Both the position numbers and the translations under genes were made by a program. The notes below the pieces were generated by a model that searched no databases, was not told the origin of the DNA, and saw only the letters and a list, made by a program, of their open reading frames with translations. A DNA stretch of 64,000 bases from an uncultured Pseudomonadota bacterium. Its GTDB lineage: Bacteria > Pseudomonadota > Alphaproteobacteria > JACZXZ01. Position 1 is the stretch's first letter. Each line of letters starts with the position of its first letter. Shown here piece after piece: positions 43,213 to 55,553 of this stretch. The stretch covers positions 128,001-192,000 of the forward strand of contig CAVVLJ010000022.1 in the NCBI GenBank assembly GCA_963749075.1, read 5' to 3'.

Positions 43213-43805
43213 CTGAGCACTCACGAGAAAATTCGGGTTTCACATGGTGAGTATATAGGATCGGTTCTTAAGAACGCAGCCCCGCCAGCCACCGCCTCGG
43301 CCTGACGGATGGCCTGGCCGGTCGCGGCGGCTCCGGCCCGATCTGCGGCGCGCGCATGGTGATCGCGTGCGCGCGGCCTTGCGAAACAGGGCAAGCAACC
43401 GCTGCCGCAAGCTCAGGCTGGCCGGCCTGGGCTGCTGCGGGAACTCCGGTCTGAACGGGATGCGCCGCGGTCCCGTGGGGCGTCCCATCATCGGTCGCGC
43501 TCGTCTCGTCGTCATCGTTCAAGCTCTTGTTGCCGCCGGCGTTTAAGTTTTTCGTCGATCTTCCTGGCGCGCTCGGGGTGGTCCTGCTTCTCGATAAGAA
43601 GCGCGAAGTGGTTAGAGGCACGCCTCGGCCCGGCGGGAGACTCGGGAACATTCTCGCTTTCGCGTGCTGGCGGCAGACCAGCCTGCGGCGCGCGCGTCGT
43701 GTCCCGGCCGGGCGCTTGCCGCTCCGGCGGCGGAATCTCTGCGGGTTCCCCCGCCGAAGGGTAAATTGATGCGCACATCGTCACGCCGCCGCCAGTCGCG
43801 ATAAG

Positions 43806-43986
43806 CCCCTCTCCCGCGCCGACGGGAGAAGGCGAGAACTCCCTCTCCCGCGTGCGGGAGAGATGCTATGGGGCCCATCCCGAAGGGATGGGAAGGATGA
43901 GGGAATGCCGGATGTCGGCGCCGTCCCTCACCCTCCCACGGCCTTACGGCCGCGGGCCCCTCCCTCTCCCGCAAGCGGGAGAGGGG
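43806..43986. repeat. Cluster of REP/RIME-like hairpins
   Basis: Three CCCTCTCCCGC-n-(G)CGGGAGA(G)GG hairpins plus CCCATCCC-GAA-GGGATGGG and TGAGGG/CCCTCA arms. Confidence 0.8.
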
Positions 43987-44031
43987 CGTAACGTGGTCGG
44001 CGCTGCCGCTTGCCGCAGGCCGGGCGAGGCG

Positions 44032-44850
44032 TCAGATCCCGGCCGGCGTCGCCAGGCTTTCAGCCAGGCCGTGGGCCAGCAGGCGCGCGAGGCGCTGGCG
44101 GTAGGGCTGCGTGCGCAGCAGGGCCTCGTCCGCGTCGTTCGAAAGGAAGCCCGTCTCGATCAGCATGGCCGGCACGGAAGGAGAGCGCAGCACCGCGAAA
44201 TTGGCCGAGCGCGCCGGCCGCTCGAGAAGGCGCGTCCGCCCGGAGAGGTCCGAGATCAGGCGGTGCTGCATGGCGAGCGAGAGGTTGAGCGTCTCGCGCC
44301 GCGCCAAATCGAAGAGGATCGAGGCGACGTTCTTGTCGACTTGGTGCAGGTTGACGCCGTAGAGCGAATCGACGCGGTTCTCATGATCGGCCAAGGCCGC
44401 GGCAAAGCGGTCGGAGGCGACTTCCGAGAGCGTATAGATGGAAAGCCCGCGCGCCCCCGCCTCGGGGCAGGAGTCGGCATGGACCGAAATCAAGAGGTCC
44501 GCCTTCAAGGCTTGCGCGATGGCCACCCGCTCCGCCAGGGGAAGGAAGACGTCGGAATGCCGCGTCAGCCTGACGGCGGCTCCGCTCAGCCGGGCGAGCT
44601 CGGCGGCGAAATCCCGCGCGATCTCGAGGACGATGCCTTTCTCCTCGATTCCCGAGTGCCCGATGGCCCCCGGGTCCACGCCGCCATGGCCGGGATCGAT
44701 GACAATTGTCAAGCGGCCTTTGGTGCGCGGAGGAAAGACCGGGATGGGAAGCGGCCCGCGCGCCGAGGCCGATCGCAACAGGACCAGCAGGCTAAGGGCC
44801 GAGGTCAATGCGATCGATGAGCTTCCGCGGATAAATGTACGCCGGTCCAT
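44032..44850 (-). CDS. N-acetylmuramoyl-L-alanine amidase (Amidase_3), Tat signal, no AMIN domain
   Basis: MDRRTFI leader; IDPGHGGVDPGA, EK..VL, LTR..D, SVHADS, FAVLRSP..P..LIETGF. Confidence 0.9.
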   Translation of the reverse strand: MDRRTFIRGSSSIALTSALSLLVLLRSASARGPLPIPVFPPRTKGRLTIVIDPGHGGVDPGAIGHSGIEEKGIVLEIARDFAAELARLSGAAVRLTRHSDVFLPLAERVAIAQALKADLLISVHADSCPEAGARGLSIYTLSEVASDRFAAALADHENRVDSLYGVNLHQVDKNVASILFDLARRETLNLSLAMQHRLISDLSGRTRLLERPARSANFAVLRSPSVPAMLIETGFLSNDADEALLRTQPYRQRLARLLAHGLAESLATPAGI

Positions 44851-44954
44851 CGGAATCTGGCTATATCGCGGGCTGCCCACTTGTCAAGCCGCGAATCCGG
44901 CCAGGTGCCAATTCGCCGGCTCCGGTACCGAGGCGAAAGCCGCCCAGCCGCGGC

Positions 44955-45764
44955 TCAGTGGGCTGCCGCCACGCCGCGCGGACGGAGCGGGCGCGCCAGG
45001 CTGATGAAATAGACGCCGCAGCTGAGCACGACGATCCAGAAGCTCGTCGGCCAATCGCTCAGATAGGCGAGTGCGAGGCCGAGCCAGGTCTCGCCGACGC
45101 CGAGGAGTGCCGCGAGTGCGATACCCCAGCCGAGCCGCGAGGTGAGGCGCAGCGCTGCCGCCGCGGGTCCGACCATGAGGGCGAAGACGAGGAGCACGCC
45201 GACCACCTGGGCGGCCTCGGCCACGGCGACCGCGACGATGGCGAGGAAGAGGACGGACACCAGCCGCAGGGAAACGCCCTTGGCCTCGGCGAGCTCGGGC
45301 GCCAAGGTCGCGAAGAGGAGCGGACGCGAGATCGCGGCGAGCGCCAGGAGGGCCAGGCCGCCGAGGGCCGCCATCTGCCACACCATGTCGAGGCTGACGC
45401 CGAGCACGTTGCCGAAGAGGAGCGCCGTCGCCTGAGTGGCATTCGTCGTGTAGAGATAGAGGAACAGCACGCCCAGGCCGAGCGCGAGCGAGAGAATGAT
45501 TCCGACGGCCACGTCGCGGCCGCGCAGGCGCTTGCCGAGCAGTCCCATTACGATGCCGGCCGCGAGCGTGAAGGACAGCAGCCCCCAAAAGGGAGCAATG
45601 CCGACGAGCACGGCGCCGGTGGCCCCGGCGAAGCCGATGTGCGACAGCGCGTGACCGGCGAAGGTCAGGTCGCGGAGCACCAGGAAGAAGCCGGCGGTGC
45701 CCGCGACGACCGCGACGATGCCGCCGGCGGCGAAGGCCGTGCGCATGAAGTCATAGTCAAACAT
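44955..45764 (-). CDS. Zn/Mn ABC permease
   Basis: FMRTAF, FAGHALSHIGFAG, LFGNVLGV, VGVLLVFALMVGPAA. Confidence 0.9.
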   Translation of the reverse strand: MFDYDFMRTAFAAGGIVAVVAGTAGFFLVLRDLTFAGHALSHIGFAGATGAVLVGIAPFWGLLSFTLAAGIVMGLLGKRLRGRDVAVGIILSLALGLGVLFLYLYTTNATQATALLFGNVLGVSLDMVWQMAALGGLALLALAAISRPLLFATLAPELAEAKGVSLRLVSVLFLAIVAVAVAEAAQVVGVLLVFALMVGPAAAALRLTSRLGWGIALAALLGVGETWLGLALAYLSDWPTSFWIVVLSCGVYFISLARPLRPRGVAAAH

Positions 45765-46605
45765 CGTGAAGATGGGCATGGCTCTCCACCGGTCCGTGTC
45801 CCGAGACGACGAGGATGCGGCCCTTCGCATGCAGGACCTCGATCGGCGTGCCGTAGAGCCGCGACAGCACGTCGCCAGTGATGACTTCATCGACCGTCCC
45901 CAGCGCGGCTTGGCCCTGGCCGAGATAGAGCACGCGGTCCATGGCGCCGAGGAGCGGGTTGATGTCGTGCGCGGTGAAGAGCACGGTGATGCCGAGGCTC
46001 GACTGAATGCGCTTCGCCAGCTCGACGACGGCATGCTGGAAATGCGGGTCGAGGCTGATGAGGGGCTCGTCGAGCAGCAGAAGCTCGGGATTGCCGACGA
46101 GCGATTGGGCGAGCAGCAGGCGCTGCAGCTCGCCGCCCGAGAGCTCGCAGAGCGGCCGAGGCACTAGCGCCTCGGCGCCGACGAGGCCTGTCACGCGCGC
46201 GACCTCGCTGCGCACCGACTTGCCCTGATGCGGCAGGCCCCAGCGCTCGCCGTTGATGGCGCTCGCGACGAAATCCCCGCCGCAAAGGCGCAGATCGGCA
46301 ACCGGGCTGCGCTGCTGCGGCAGGTAGCCGGCGGCTGGATTGCCGCGCCGCGCGCGCTTGCCGAGGACGCGGAGCTCGCCGGCCGCTGGCCGCAGCAGGC
46401 CGAGGATGGCCTGCAAAAGCGTCGTCTTCCCGGCACCGTTGGGACCGAAGACGCCGATGAATTCGCCCGCTCCGATCTTGAAGCTCACCTCGGAGAGGAC
46501 GACGCGCTCGCCGCGGGCGAGCGTCACGCGCTCGAGCCCGATCGCCTCAGGCGCTAGCGTTGCTGGAGCGCCTGGTCGAGGGCGTCGAGTTGCGCCAGCA
46601 TCCAT
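45757..46605 (-). CDS. Zn/Mn ABC ATP-binding protein (start uncertain)
   Basis: GPNGAGKTT, GYLPQ, LSGGELQR, LDEPL..LD; His-rich tail SHAHLHDV. Confidence 0.88.
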   Translation of the reverse strand: MDAGATRRPRPGAPATLAPEAIGLERVTLARGERVVLSEVSFKIGAGEFIGVFGPNGAGKTTLLQAILGLLRPAAGELRVLGKRARRGNPAAGYLPQQRSPVADLRLCGGDFVASAINGERWGLPHQGKSVRSEVARVTGLVGAEALVPRPLCELSGGELQRLLLAQSLVGNPELLLLDEPLISLDPHFQHAVVELAKRIQSSLGITVLFTAHDINPLLGAMDRVLYLGQGQAALGTVDEVITGDVLSRLYGTPIEVLHAKGRILVVSGHGPVESHAHLHDV

Positions 46606-47417
46606 TCCTGGTACCTTTTTCCCGGGGGCAGCGTCTCGCTGACGCCGACGATCGGCACGCCGGCCTCCTTCGCGATCCCCCTCATGCGCTCGGTCAGGGC
46701 CTCGCTCGTCTGGTTGTTATAGAACAAAACCTTGACCGTCCGCGTCCGTAAATCCTTCTCGAAGCCGGCGATCTCGGCGGCGCTCGGCTCGGTGTCGTTC
46801 ATCACCGCGAGCTGGAAACGGCCGTCGCGCATCTTGAGACCGAGGGCGTCCGCCATGTAGCCGAAGACCGGCTCGGTCGCGGTCGCCACGGTGCCGGCGT
46901 ACTTGCCGCGGAGCGTTGCCACCCTCGCGTCGAGCCGCTTCATCGACTCCTCGAAGGCGGCGAGCCGCTTGGCATAGTCCGCACGATGCGGCGGGTCGAG
47001 CCGCGAGAGCAGCTCCGCGAGCCGCTTGGCGAAGGCCGGCATGGTCGCGGGATCGTACCAGATGTGCGGGTTGTCGCCGGCCTTGCGGTGGACGAGCTTC
47101 GCGACCTCGATGACCTGCCGCGACGGCGACTTCGAGGCGGCCAGGAGCTTGACGGCCCAGGGATCGTAGCCGGCCCCGCTGTAAACGAAGAGCCCGGCGT
47201 CGGCGATCTCCCGCGCCGTCGAGGCATTGGCCTCGAAGAGATGGGGGTCCTGATCCGGGTTGGTGAGGATGCTCGCGACCTTCACCTCCGGGCCGCCGAC
47301 CTGCTCGGCCACGTCGCCGTAGAAGTTCTCGGCCGCCACGACATTGATCGGATCGGCATGGGCCGCCGAGGCGGCAACGGCGGAGCCGATGAAGGCGGCG
47401 ATGAGGAGCTGACGCAT
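46554..47417 (-). CDS. Zn/Mn ABC substrate-binding protein (cluster A-I)
   Basis: Signal peptide; VVAAENFYGD, DPHLFE, NPHIWYD, TEPVFGY. Confidence 0.92.
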   Translation of the reverse strand: MRQLLIAAFIGSAVAASAAHADPINVVAAENFYGDVAEQVGGPEVKVASILTNPDQDPHLFEANASTAREIADAGLFVYSGAGYDPWAVKLLAASKSPSRQVIEVAKLVHRKAGDNPHIWYDPATMPAFAKRLAELLSRLDPPHRADYAKRLAAFEESMKRLDARVATLRGKYAGTVATATEPVFGYMADALGLKMRDGRFQLAVMNDTEPSAAEIAGFEKDLRTRTVKVLFYNNQTSEALTERMRGIAKEAGVPIVGVSETLPPGKRYQEWMLAQLDALDQALQQR

Positions 47418-47513
47418 GGCTGTGCCCTCGCTGGATATCGTCGCGCGGCTTGACGCGGGCCACGGCTCGGCGGCGCAAAGAGCGCCGGCTCCGGCGGGCA
47501 GCCCGGCCGAAAC

Positions 47514-47531
47514 GATATGTTATTACATTAC
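47514..47531. promoter_or_regulatory. Zur box
   Basis: GATATGTTATTACATTAC, close to the GATATGTTATAACATATC palindrome, about 100 bp upstream of the metal SBP gene. Confidence 0.75.
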
Positions 47532-47603
47532 ATTGGGCGCGACGCAAGGCGGCCGTGACGATGTCACGGCGTCATCCTTCGCCCGTGCGGCGCTCGGGCG
47601 GGA

Positions 47604-48035
47604 TCAGCCGCGCTTGCGCTTGGCGCCCTTGCGGCGGTTGCGCGTGCCGAGGCCGATCTCCTTGGCAAGCGTCGAGCGCGTCTCGGCGTAGCTCGGGGCG
47701 ACCACGGGATAGCTCGGCGGCAGGCCCCATTTGGCGCGATAGTCGGCGAGACTCATCTTATGGGCGGATCCCATGTGCCGTTTGAGCATCTTGAGTTGCA
47801 TCCCGCACTCGAGGCAGACGAGATGGTTGCGGGTCACCGATTTCTTGATCGGCACGTGCGGCTCGGCCTTGCCGGCCGCGTTCCGATCTTCGCCCAAGCC
47901 GCGGAAGCAGTCGTGCACCTGCCGGATGACGGCGGGAAGCTCGGCCGATTCCACCCGATTGTTGGAAACATATGCCCGGACGACGCTGACGGTCGCCTCC
48001 ATGAGCTGCCCAGAGGTTGCAGAATCGTTCATCAT
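47604..48035 (-). CDS. mucR: MucR/Ros zinc-finger regulator
   Basis: VRAYVSNN, LPAVIRQVH, P.VPIKKSV, CLECG...KMLKRH, YRAKWGLP.SYPVVAPSYA..RS.LAKEIGLG. Confidence 0.93.
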   Translation of the reverse strand: MMNDSATSGQLMEATVSVVRAYVSNNRVESAELPAVIRQVHDCFRGLGEDRNAAGKAEPHVPIKKSVTRNHLVCLECGMQLKMLKRHMGSAHKMSLADYRAKWGLPPSYPVVAPSYAETRSTLAKEIGLGTRNRRKGAKRKRG

Positions 48036-48341
48036 GTTCCTACCTGTGGATGTTATGACCCCGACCGTGCTGGCTACCAAAGCAATAGACCAGTATTCAT
48101 TATACGAAACTCGCAGAATATGGCGAGCTATATTTGTCGTCTGTTGTGGCGAATTTTCCCCCGCATTTTAGGCGAGTCAAGTGCAATGTTTGCCTGTGCC
48201 TCAACCAATTCCTCAAATGCTGGCGATTTCTCTTTGCCGCGCGGCGAATTTGCCGGCGGCACCGGCGGGACGCCTGGTGCCGCTTGCCCATTTGCCGCCG
48301 TTATGGTGCTAAGATGCCTCCTCCAAACGAGAAGGTGCGCG

Positions 48342-49556
48342 ATGACGAAAGCCTCGACGGGAGCGCTCTCCGGCCTCAGGATCATCGATCTCACCCGCGT
48401 GCTGGGCGGGCCCTATTGCACGCAGATCCTCGGCGACCATGGCGCCGACGTGATCAAGGTCGAGCCGCCCTCAGGCGACGAGACGCGCGGCTGGGGGCCG
48501 CCCTTCAAGGACGAGACCGCCTCCTATTTCATCGGAGTCAATCGCAACAAGCGCGGCATCGTCCTCGACCTCTCCCGCGCCCAAGGACGGCGCGTGCTCC
48601 TTGCGCTCCTCGAGACGGCCAACGTGCTCGTCGAGAACTTCAAGACCGGCACCATGGAGAAATGGGGGCTGGGCTACGAAGATACGCTCAAGGAGCGCTT
48701 TCCCCGCTTGGTGCACTGCCGCATTTCGGGCTTCGGGGCCGACGGGCCGCTCGGCGGCGCCCCGGGCTATGACGCGGTGGTGCAGGCGATGGCCGGGCTC
48801 ATGAGCATCAACGGCGAGCCGGACCAGCAGCCGCTCAGGGTGGGGACGCCGGTCGTGGATCTCGGCACCGGGCTCTATGCCGCCTGCGGCATCCTCATGG
48901 CGCTCGCCGAGCGCCAGCGCTCCGGCCGCGGCCAGTTCGTCGAGGCGACGCTCTACGATTCGGCGCTCGCCCTCCTCCATCCCCATTCGGCCAACTGGTT
49001 CCTCTCGGGCAAGACGCCGCAGCGCACGGGGAACGCCCATCCGAACATAGCACCCTATGATTCGTTTCAGACCGGGACCAAGGCCATCTTCGTCGCCGTC
49101 GGCAACGACCGGCAGTTCGCGCGCGTGGCGGCGGCACTGGGGCGGCCGGATCTCGCGGACGACGCGCGCTTCCGCTCCAACCGGGAGCGCAGCGCCAACC
49201 GCGCGGCGCTCCGCGCCGAGCTCGAGGCGGCGCTCGCGGACGTGGACGGCGAGGCCTTCGCCGAGCGGCTCCTGGAGGAGGGCGTTCCCGCCGGTCCCGT
49301 GCGCGACGTGCCCGAGGCGCTGACGCATCCCCATACGCGCCACCGGGAGATGGTCGTCGAGCGGGACGGCTACCGCGGCACGGGGACGCCCATCAAGCTC
49401 TCGCGCACGCCGGGGAGCGTGCGCCTCCTGCCGCCGGCGCTCGGCGAGGCGAGCCGCGAGGTGCTCGCGGAGGCGGGCTTCACGGGCGAGGAGATCGAGC
49501 GCCTGATCGCCGACGGCACGGTGCCGCTGCCCAAGGCGGAGCGCGCGGCCGAGTGA
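48342..49556 (+). CDS. CaiB/BaiF class III CoA-transferase
   Basis: LSGLRIIDLTRVLGGPYC, GADVIKVEPP.GDETR.WGPP, NRNKR, PGYD, PPALGE. Confidence 0.93.
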   Translation: MTKASTGALSGLRIIDLTRVLGGPYCTQILGDHGADVIKVEPPSGDETRGWGPPFKDETASYFIGVNRNKRGIVLDLSRAQGRRVLLALLETANVLVENFKTGTMEKWGLGYEDTLKERFPRLVHCRISGFGADGPLGGAPGYDAVVQAMAGLMSINGEPDQQPLRVGTPVVDLGTGLYAACGILMALAERQRSGRGQFVEATLYDSALALLHPHSANWFLSGKTPQRTGNAHPNIAPYDSFQTGTKAIFVAVGNDRQFARVAAALGRPDLADDARFRSNRERSANRAALRAELEAALADVDGEAFAERLLEEGVPAGPVRDVPEALTHPHTRHREMVVERDGYRGTGTPIKLSRTPGSVRLLPPALGEASREVLAEAGFTGEEIERLIADGTVPLPKAERAAE

Positions 49557-49572
49557 GCGGCGGCGCGTAGCG

Positions 49573-50862
49573 TCAGGCCGCCGCGGCGGCCGGCGCCAGC
49601 TCGCCGCGGCGTCCGCGGCCGATGCCGAGCACCATGAGCGAGGCGACGAGGCAGGCCACGCCGGCCGTGATGAAGGCCGTGAGATAGTCGCCGAGGTCGG
49701 TGCGGATCAAGCCGGCGCCGAAGGCCGCGGTCGCGGCGCCGAGCTGGTGGCCGCAGAACACCCAGCCGAAGACGACGCTGCCGCGCTCGCGCCCGAAGGT
49801 ATCGACGGTGAGGCGCACGGTGGGCGGCACCGTCGCCACCCAGTCGAGGCCATAGAACACCGCGAAGAGCGAGAGCCCGTAGAACGAGATGTCGAAGGAG
49901 AAGGGCAGGTACATGAGCGAGAGCCCGCGCAGCGCGTAGTACCAGAAGAGCAGCCGCTGGTTGTTCCAGCGGTCGGAGAGCCAGCCCGACATCAAGGTGC
50001 CCACGAAGTCGAAGGCGCCGATCACGGCGAGCAGCCCCGCCGCCTTCACCTCGGGGATGCCGTGGTCGAAGCACGCCGGGATGAGATGCGTGCCGATGAG
50101 CCCGTTGGTGCTGAGGCCGCAGATGAAGAAGCTGCCGAAGAGCAGCCAGAAGTCGCGGCTGCGCATGGCGAGGAGGAGCGTCGAGAGGGCGAGCGCCACG
50201 GGATTGCTCTCGGGCTTGCGCGGCGCCTCGGCAACGCCCGGCTCGCCCAGGCGGTTCAAGCCCACGTCGTGCGGGTGATTGCGCATGAGAAGGGCGATGG
50301 CCGGAAGGAGCACCACGCCCAGGCCCGCGACCGCGAGGGCTGCGAAGCGCCAGCCGTGGTCTTCGACGAGCTTGGCGAGCACCGGAAGGAAGATGAGCTG
50401 GCCCGTGGCGTTGCTCGCCGTGAGGATGCCCATGGCAAAGCCGCGGCGGCTGGTGAACCAGCGGTTGACGACCGTGGCGCCGAGCGCCATCGCCGTCATG
50501 CCGGTGCCGCCGCCGACCACGAAGCCCCAGAGGAGGAGGAGCTGCCAGGGCGTCGTCATGAGCGTCGTGAGCGCCACGCCGGTAGCGACCAGCGACACCG
50601 CGAAGAGCATGGTGAGGCGCGCGCCGAGCCGCTCGACGAGCGCCGCCGCGAAGGGTCCCATCAGGCCGTAGAGGATGAGGTTCACCGACACCGCGGAGGA
50701 GATCGTCACCGTCGACCAGCCGAACTCCTGCTCGTAGGGCACGATGAAGACGCCGGGCGCAGCCCGGGAGGCGGCCGCGATAAGCAAGGTCAGGAAAGCG
50801 ACCGCGAGCGCAATCCAGCCGTAATGCACGCGGCCTTGGGCGAGCCTGGCGACGAACGACAT
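49573..50862 (-). CDS. MFS transporter
   Basis: HYGW, RAAPGVFIVP...EFGW, VNRWF..RRG, FFICGLSTNGLIGTH, GWLSDRW, FYGLDWVATVPPT. Confidence 0.92.
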   Translation of the reverse strand: MSFVARLAQGRVHYGWIALAVAFLTLLIAAASRAAPGVFIVPYEQEFGWSTVTISSAVSVNLILYGLMGPFAAALVERLGARLTMLFAVSLVATGVALTTLMTTPWQLLLLWGFVVGGGTGMTAMALGATVVNRWFTSRRGFAMGILTASNATGQLIFLPVLAKLVEDHGWRFAALAVAGLGVVLLPAIALLMRNHPHDVGLNRLGEPGVAEAPRKPESNPVALALSTLLLAMRSRDFWLLFGSFFICGLSTNGLIGTHLIPACFDHGIPEVKAAGLLAVIGAFDFVGTLMSGWLSDRWNNQRLLFWYYALRGLSLMYLPFSFDISFYGLSLFAVFYGLDWVATVPPTVRLTVDTFGRERGSVVFGWVFCGHQLGAATAAFGAGLIRTDLGDYLTAFITAGVACLVASLMVLGIGRGRRGELAPAAAAA

Positions 50863-50981
50863 GGACGGCGCTTCCCCCTGTCTCGCGATTCCTCTGCGGC
50901 GCGCGATCCGGCTCAAGCTGGAGAAGCGTCGCCCGCAAGTCAATGCATGACCGCCATGCGCTTTCGCGCGGCCGAAGCGCT

Positions 50982-51914
50982 TCAGCGCCGGCCTGCGGCC
51001 GAGGCCCTGAGGGCGAGCACGACGCCGAGGAGGATGAGGGCGATGCTCAGCAGCAGCCGGGGTGTCACGCTTTCGCCGAAGAAGGCCACCGAGATGAGAA
51101 AGGCGATGACGGGGACCAGCATGACGACCTGGCCTGCGGTCGCGGCCGACATGTCGGCGAGCACCTTGGCCCAGCACCAGTAGGCGAGGCCCGTGCCGAT
51201 GAGCCAGTTGAAGGCGAGGGTGGCGAGAAGTACCGCCGTCCAGCGGATCGGGCGGCCGCCCTCGAGCGCCACGGCGAGCGCCGACACCGGCAAGGCCGCG
51301 CTGAGGAGCTGCCAGAAGACCTGGGGCCAGAAGCCGCTCTGCCAGCGCCGCCGGCGGTAGAGCACGGCGCCGAGCGCCCAGAGGGCGGCCGCGAGCAGGA
51401 GCTCACCGTTGCCGAGAAGGATGCGCGGCTGGCGCCAAGCGACGAGGCTCGGGCCGCAGAACAGCGCCAGGCCGACGAAGCCCAAGAGACCGCCGCCGAG
51501 TGCCAGCCGGCCGGGCCGCTCGCGCGCGAGCCAGATGCCGAAGAGGATGGCCCAGAGCGGCATGGTGTAGACAAGGACCGAGGCTCGGCCCGGCGGCACG
51601 TATTGCAGCCCGAGCATATTGAGCGAGAAGAGGCAGCCGATCTGCAAGAGGCCGGTCCAGGCGAGCGGCCCGCACTCGCCGCGCTGAGGCAGCAGGCGCT
51701 CGCCCCTTGCCGCGAGGATGGCGCCGATCGTAGCTGCCGCGCCGATGAGCCTCAAGGCCGCGAAGGAGAGGGGGCCGATGTCGCCCAGCACCAGCTTCAT
51801 GAGCGGCCAGTTGCCCGCCCAGCACAGCACGATGAAGACGAGATAGCCGATGCTCGCCAGGCGGGGCCGCCCGGGGCCTGCGCTCGCCCGTAGCGCTGTT
51901 GTGCCGTCGCTCAT
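50982..51914 (-). CDS. DMT/EamA family transporter
   Basis: WAGNWPLMK, PLSFAALR, RASVLVYTMPLW, two EamA repeats. Confidence 0.9.
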   Translation of the reverse strand: MSDGTTALRASAGPGRPRLASIGYLVFIVLCWAGNWPLMKLVLGDIGPLSFAALRLIGAAATIGAILAARGERLLPQRGECGPLAWTGLLQIGCLFSLNMLGLQYVPPGRASVLVYTMPLWAILFGIWLARERPGRLALGGGLLGFVGLALFCGPSLVAWRQPRILLGNGELLLAAALWALGAVLYRRRRWQSGFWPQVFWQLLSAALPVSALAVALEGGRPIRWTAVLLATLAFNWLIGTGLAYWCWAKVLADMSAATAGQVVMLVPVIAFLISVAFFGESVTPRLLLSIALILLGVVLALRASAAGRR

Positions 51915-52112
51915 GGGAGGAGGTTTCCCGGGATGCTGCGGCTTGCCCTGGGCACCGCCGCCTGAGCGCCCGAGCATAGACCTCTTCGCCGCCGAGCGAG
52001 ACGGTCGAGCGGCGGCAAGAAGAGAGGCCCGGGGGACGCCCGGGCCTCGCACGCCGTAGAGCTCGAAATAGCGTTCCGCCGCCCGGATATGGCGGCTCGT
52101 CGCGAAGGCGAC

Positions 52113-54153
<2,041 letters not shown>

Positions 54154-54463
54154 CTTTTCCTCCCGTGTTCCTGGCGCGGGCCTGTCTCAGCATGGCCCGC
54201 CGGGATCTGCAATGGCGCCGTCCGGGCGCCGGATCGGGGTTTCCCTTGCATGGTCTCGCGGTTCTTACCACGGCTCTTAGCACGAGTCGCCAAGGCGAGG
54301 AAAGCCGCCCCGGCACCGGGTGAGAACCGCGAAGCCGCGGCTCCGGGTCGAGCTACCGAACTCGGGCGACGCCCTCGGAAAGACCGCCGCATGCTCGCGC
54401 CATCCGGCCCGCGCACCGCGATTTCCCGAGGGACACCGCCTTCGCGTTACCCGCTTCGGGCGA

Positions 54464-55024
54464 TCACTTGCCGAACGGCCCGACGGGAAGGATCGTGCGG
54501 CCGTAATCGCCGTTGATGACCTCCGCGGCCGAGAGATAGGCCGCAAGCAGCGCGCAGACCATCCCCAGGTAGCCGCCGAACATGTGGCTCGCGGGGACAC
54601 CGAACCAGTCCCCGATGGCGAGCAGGAGGAAGGTGACCCACAGGGTCAGGAACACGAGCTGCAGCACCATGTTGTGGCGGAAGGTCGCGATCCACATGTA
54701 GAAGGTGAACACGCCCCAAACGAAGAGGTACCAGCCGACGAACGGGCCCGGCGCCGTGCCGCCGAAGACCTTGATGAAGGCCACGAGCGACAACCAGAAG
54801 GCGCCGTAACTCAGGAATGCCACGGTCGCGAAGGTATTGCCCCGGATGTAGGCGAGAACGCCGGCCAGAGCCTGCGCGCCGCCGCCATAGGCCAGCGCCA
54901 TGGCCAGGACAACGGGCATGCTTTTCGCATCGAACCAGCCCGCGTTGACCATGCTAAGTAGCCACGTGGTCGAAGCGAATCCGATCAGCCCGAGCGGAGC
55001 CGGATTGGCAAATTTGCCTTCCAT
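54464..55024 (-). CDS. satP: GPR1/FUN34/YaaH (AceTr) acetate uptake transporter
   Basis: ANPAPLGL signature, YGGGAQ, GNTF...AF.SYGAFW, YGRTILP; GGAGG RBS. Confidence 0.92.
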   Translation of the reverse strand: MEGKFANPAPLGLIGFASTTWLLSMVNAGWFDAKSMPVVLAMALAYGGGAQALAGVLAYIRGNTFATVAFLSYGAFWLSLVAFIKVFGGTAPGPFVGWYLFVWGVFTFYMWIATFRHNMVLQLVFLTLWVTFLLLAIGDWFGVPASHMFGGYLGMVCALLAAYLSAAEVINGDYGRTILPVGPFGK

Positions 55025-55377
55025 TGGTGTTCCTCCATGATGGTCGTTGGTGTGTGACCAATTATGTTCTTGGCCTGCACTTGCTTGCTCACGGCCGGGG
55101 AAGACCGCGGTCCCGGACCGTTGCCGGCAGTCCGCGAGCCTTCTCCCGCAAAGCCTTCTCCCGCAGGCCCCCTTCGCGCTTGGGTCGACCCGGTGCCGCC
55201 GATGCGCGAGCAACGGCACCGCCTTCGCCGCGGCGTCCAATCTCAGAGATAGCGCGTCCGCCGATGGTCCGTCGCCTCATTGACACTACCCGCAACTCAG
55301 CAAAAACGGTTATAAAATCAAATGCCATTCCCACGCCGCCGAGCATAGATGGTAGCATCGCGGCAAGGCCGTAGATA

Positions 55378-55393
55378 TTCGACTTTCGGCTAA
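55378..55393. promoter_or_regulatory. Candidate CrbR/ErdR binding site
   Basis: TTCGAC-TTTC-GGCTAA, an imperfect GAC-N4-GTC-type palindrome between satP and the response regulator. Confidence 0.4.
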
Positions 55394-55553
55394 AGCGAGC
55401 CGCAGCGCGGGGACGATCATCGCCGGGCCTTGCGGCGCCGATGCCGGCACCGGGGCCCGACGGTCGCGGCTGCAAAACCGAGCAGAGAGGGAGCGCCCGC
55501 CCGTCATGGCCCGCCACCGGAGACTTCCTCTTCCCGAGGGTGCAGGCCCGACG

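Noticed and set aside
43240-43800. Several overlapping short ORFs on both strands
   Set aside because: Low-complexity Pro/Arg-rich translations with no clear RBS or family; none can be chosen.
46554-46605. Missing start codon for the metal ABC ATPase after the SBP stop
   Set aside because: An in-frame ATG at 46605 gives a 52-nt overlap; cannot distinguish from a sequence error, so not treated as a finding.
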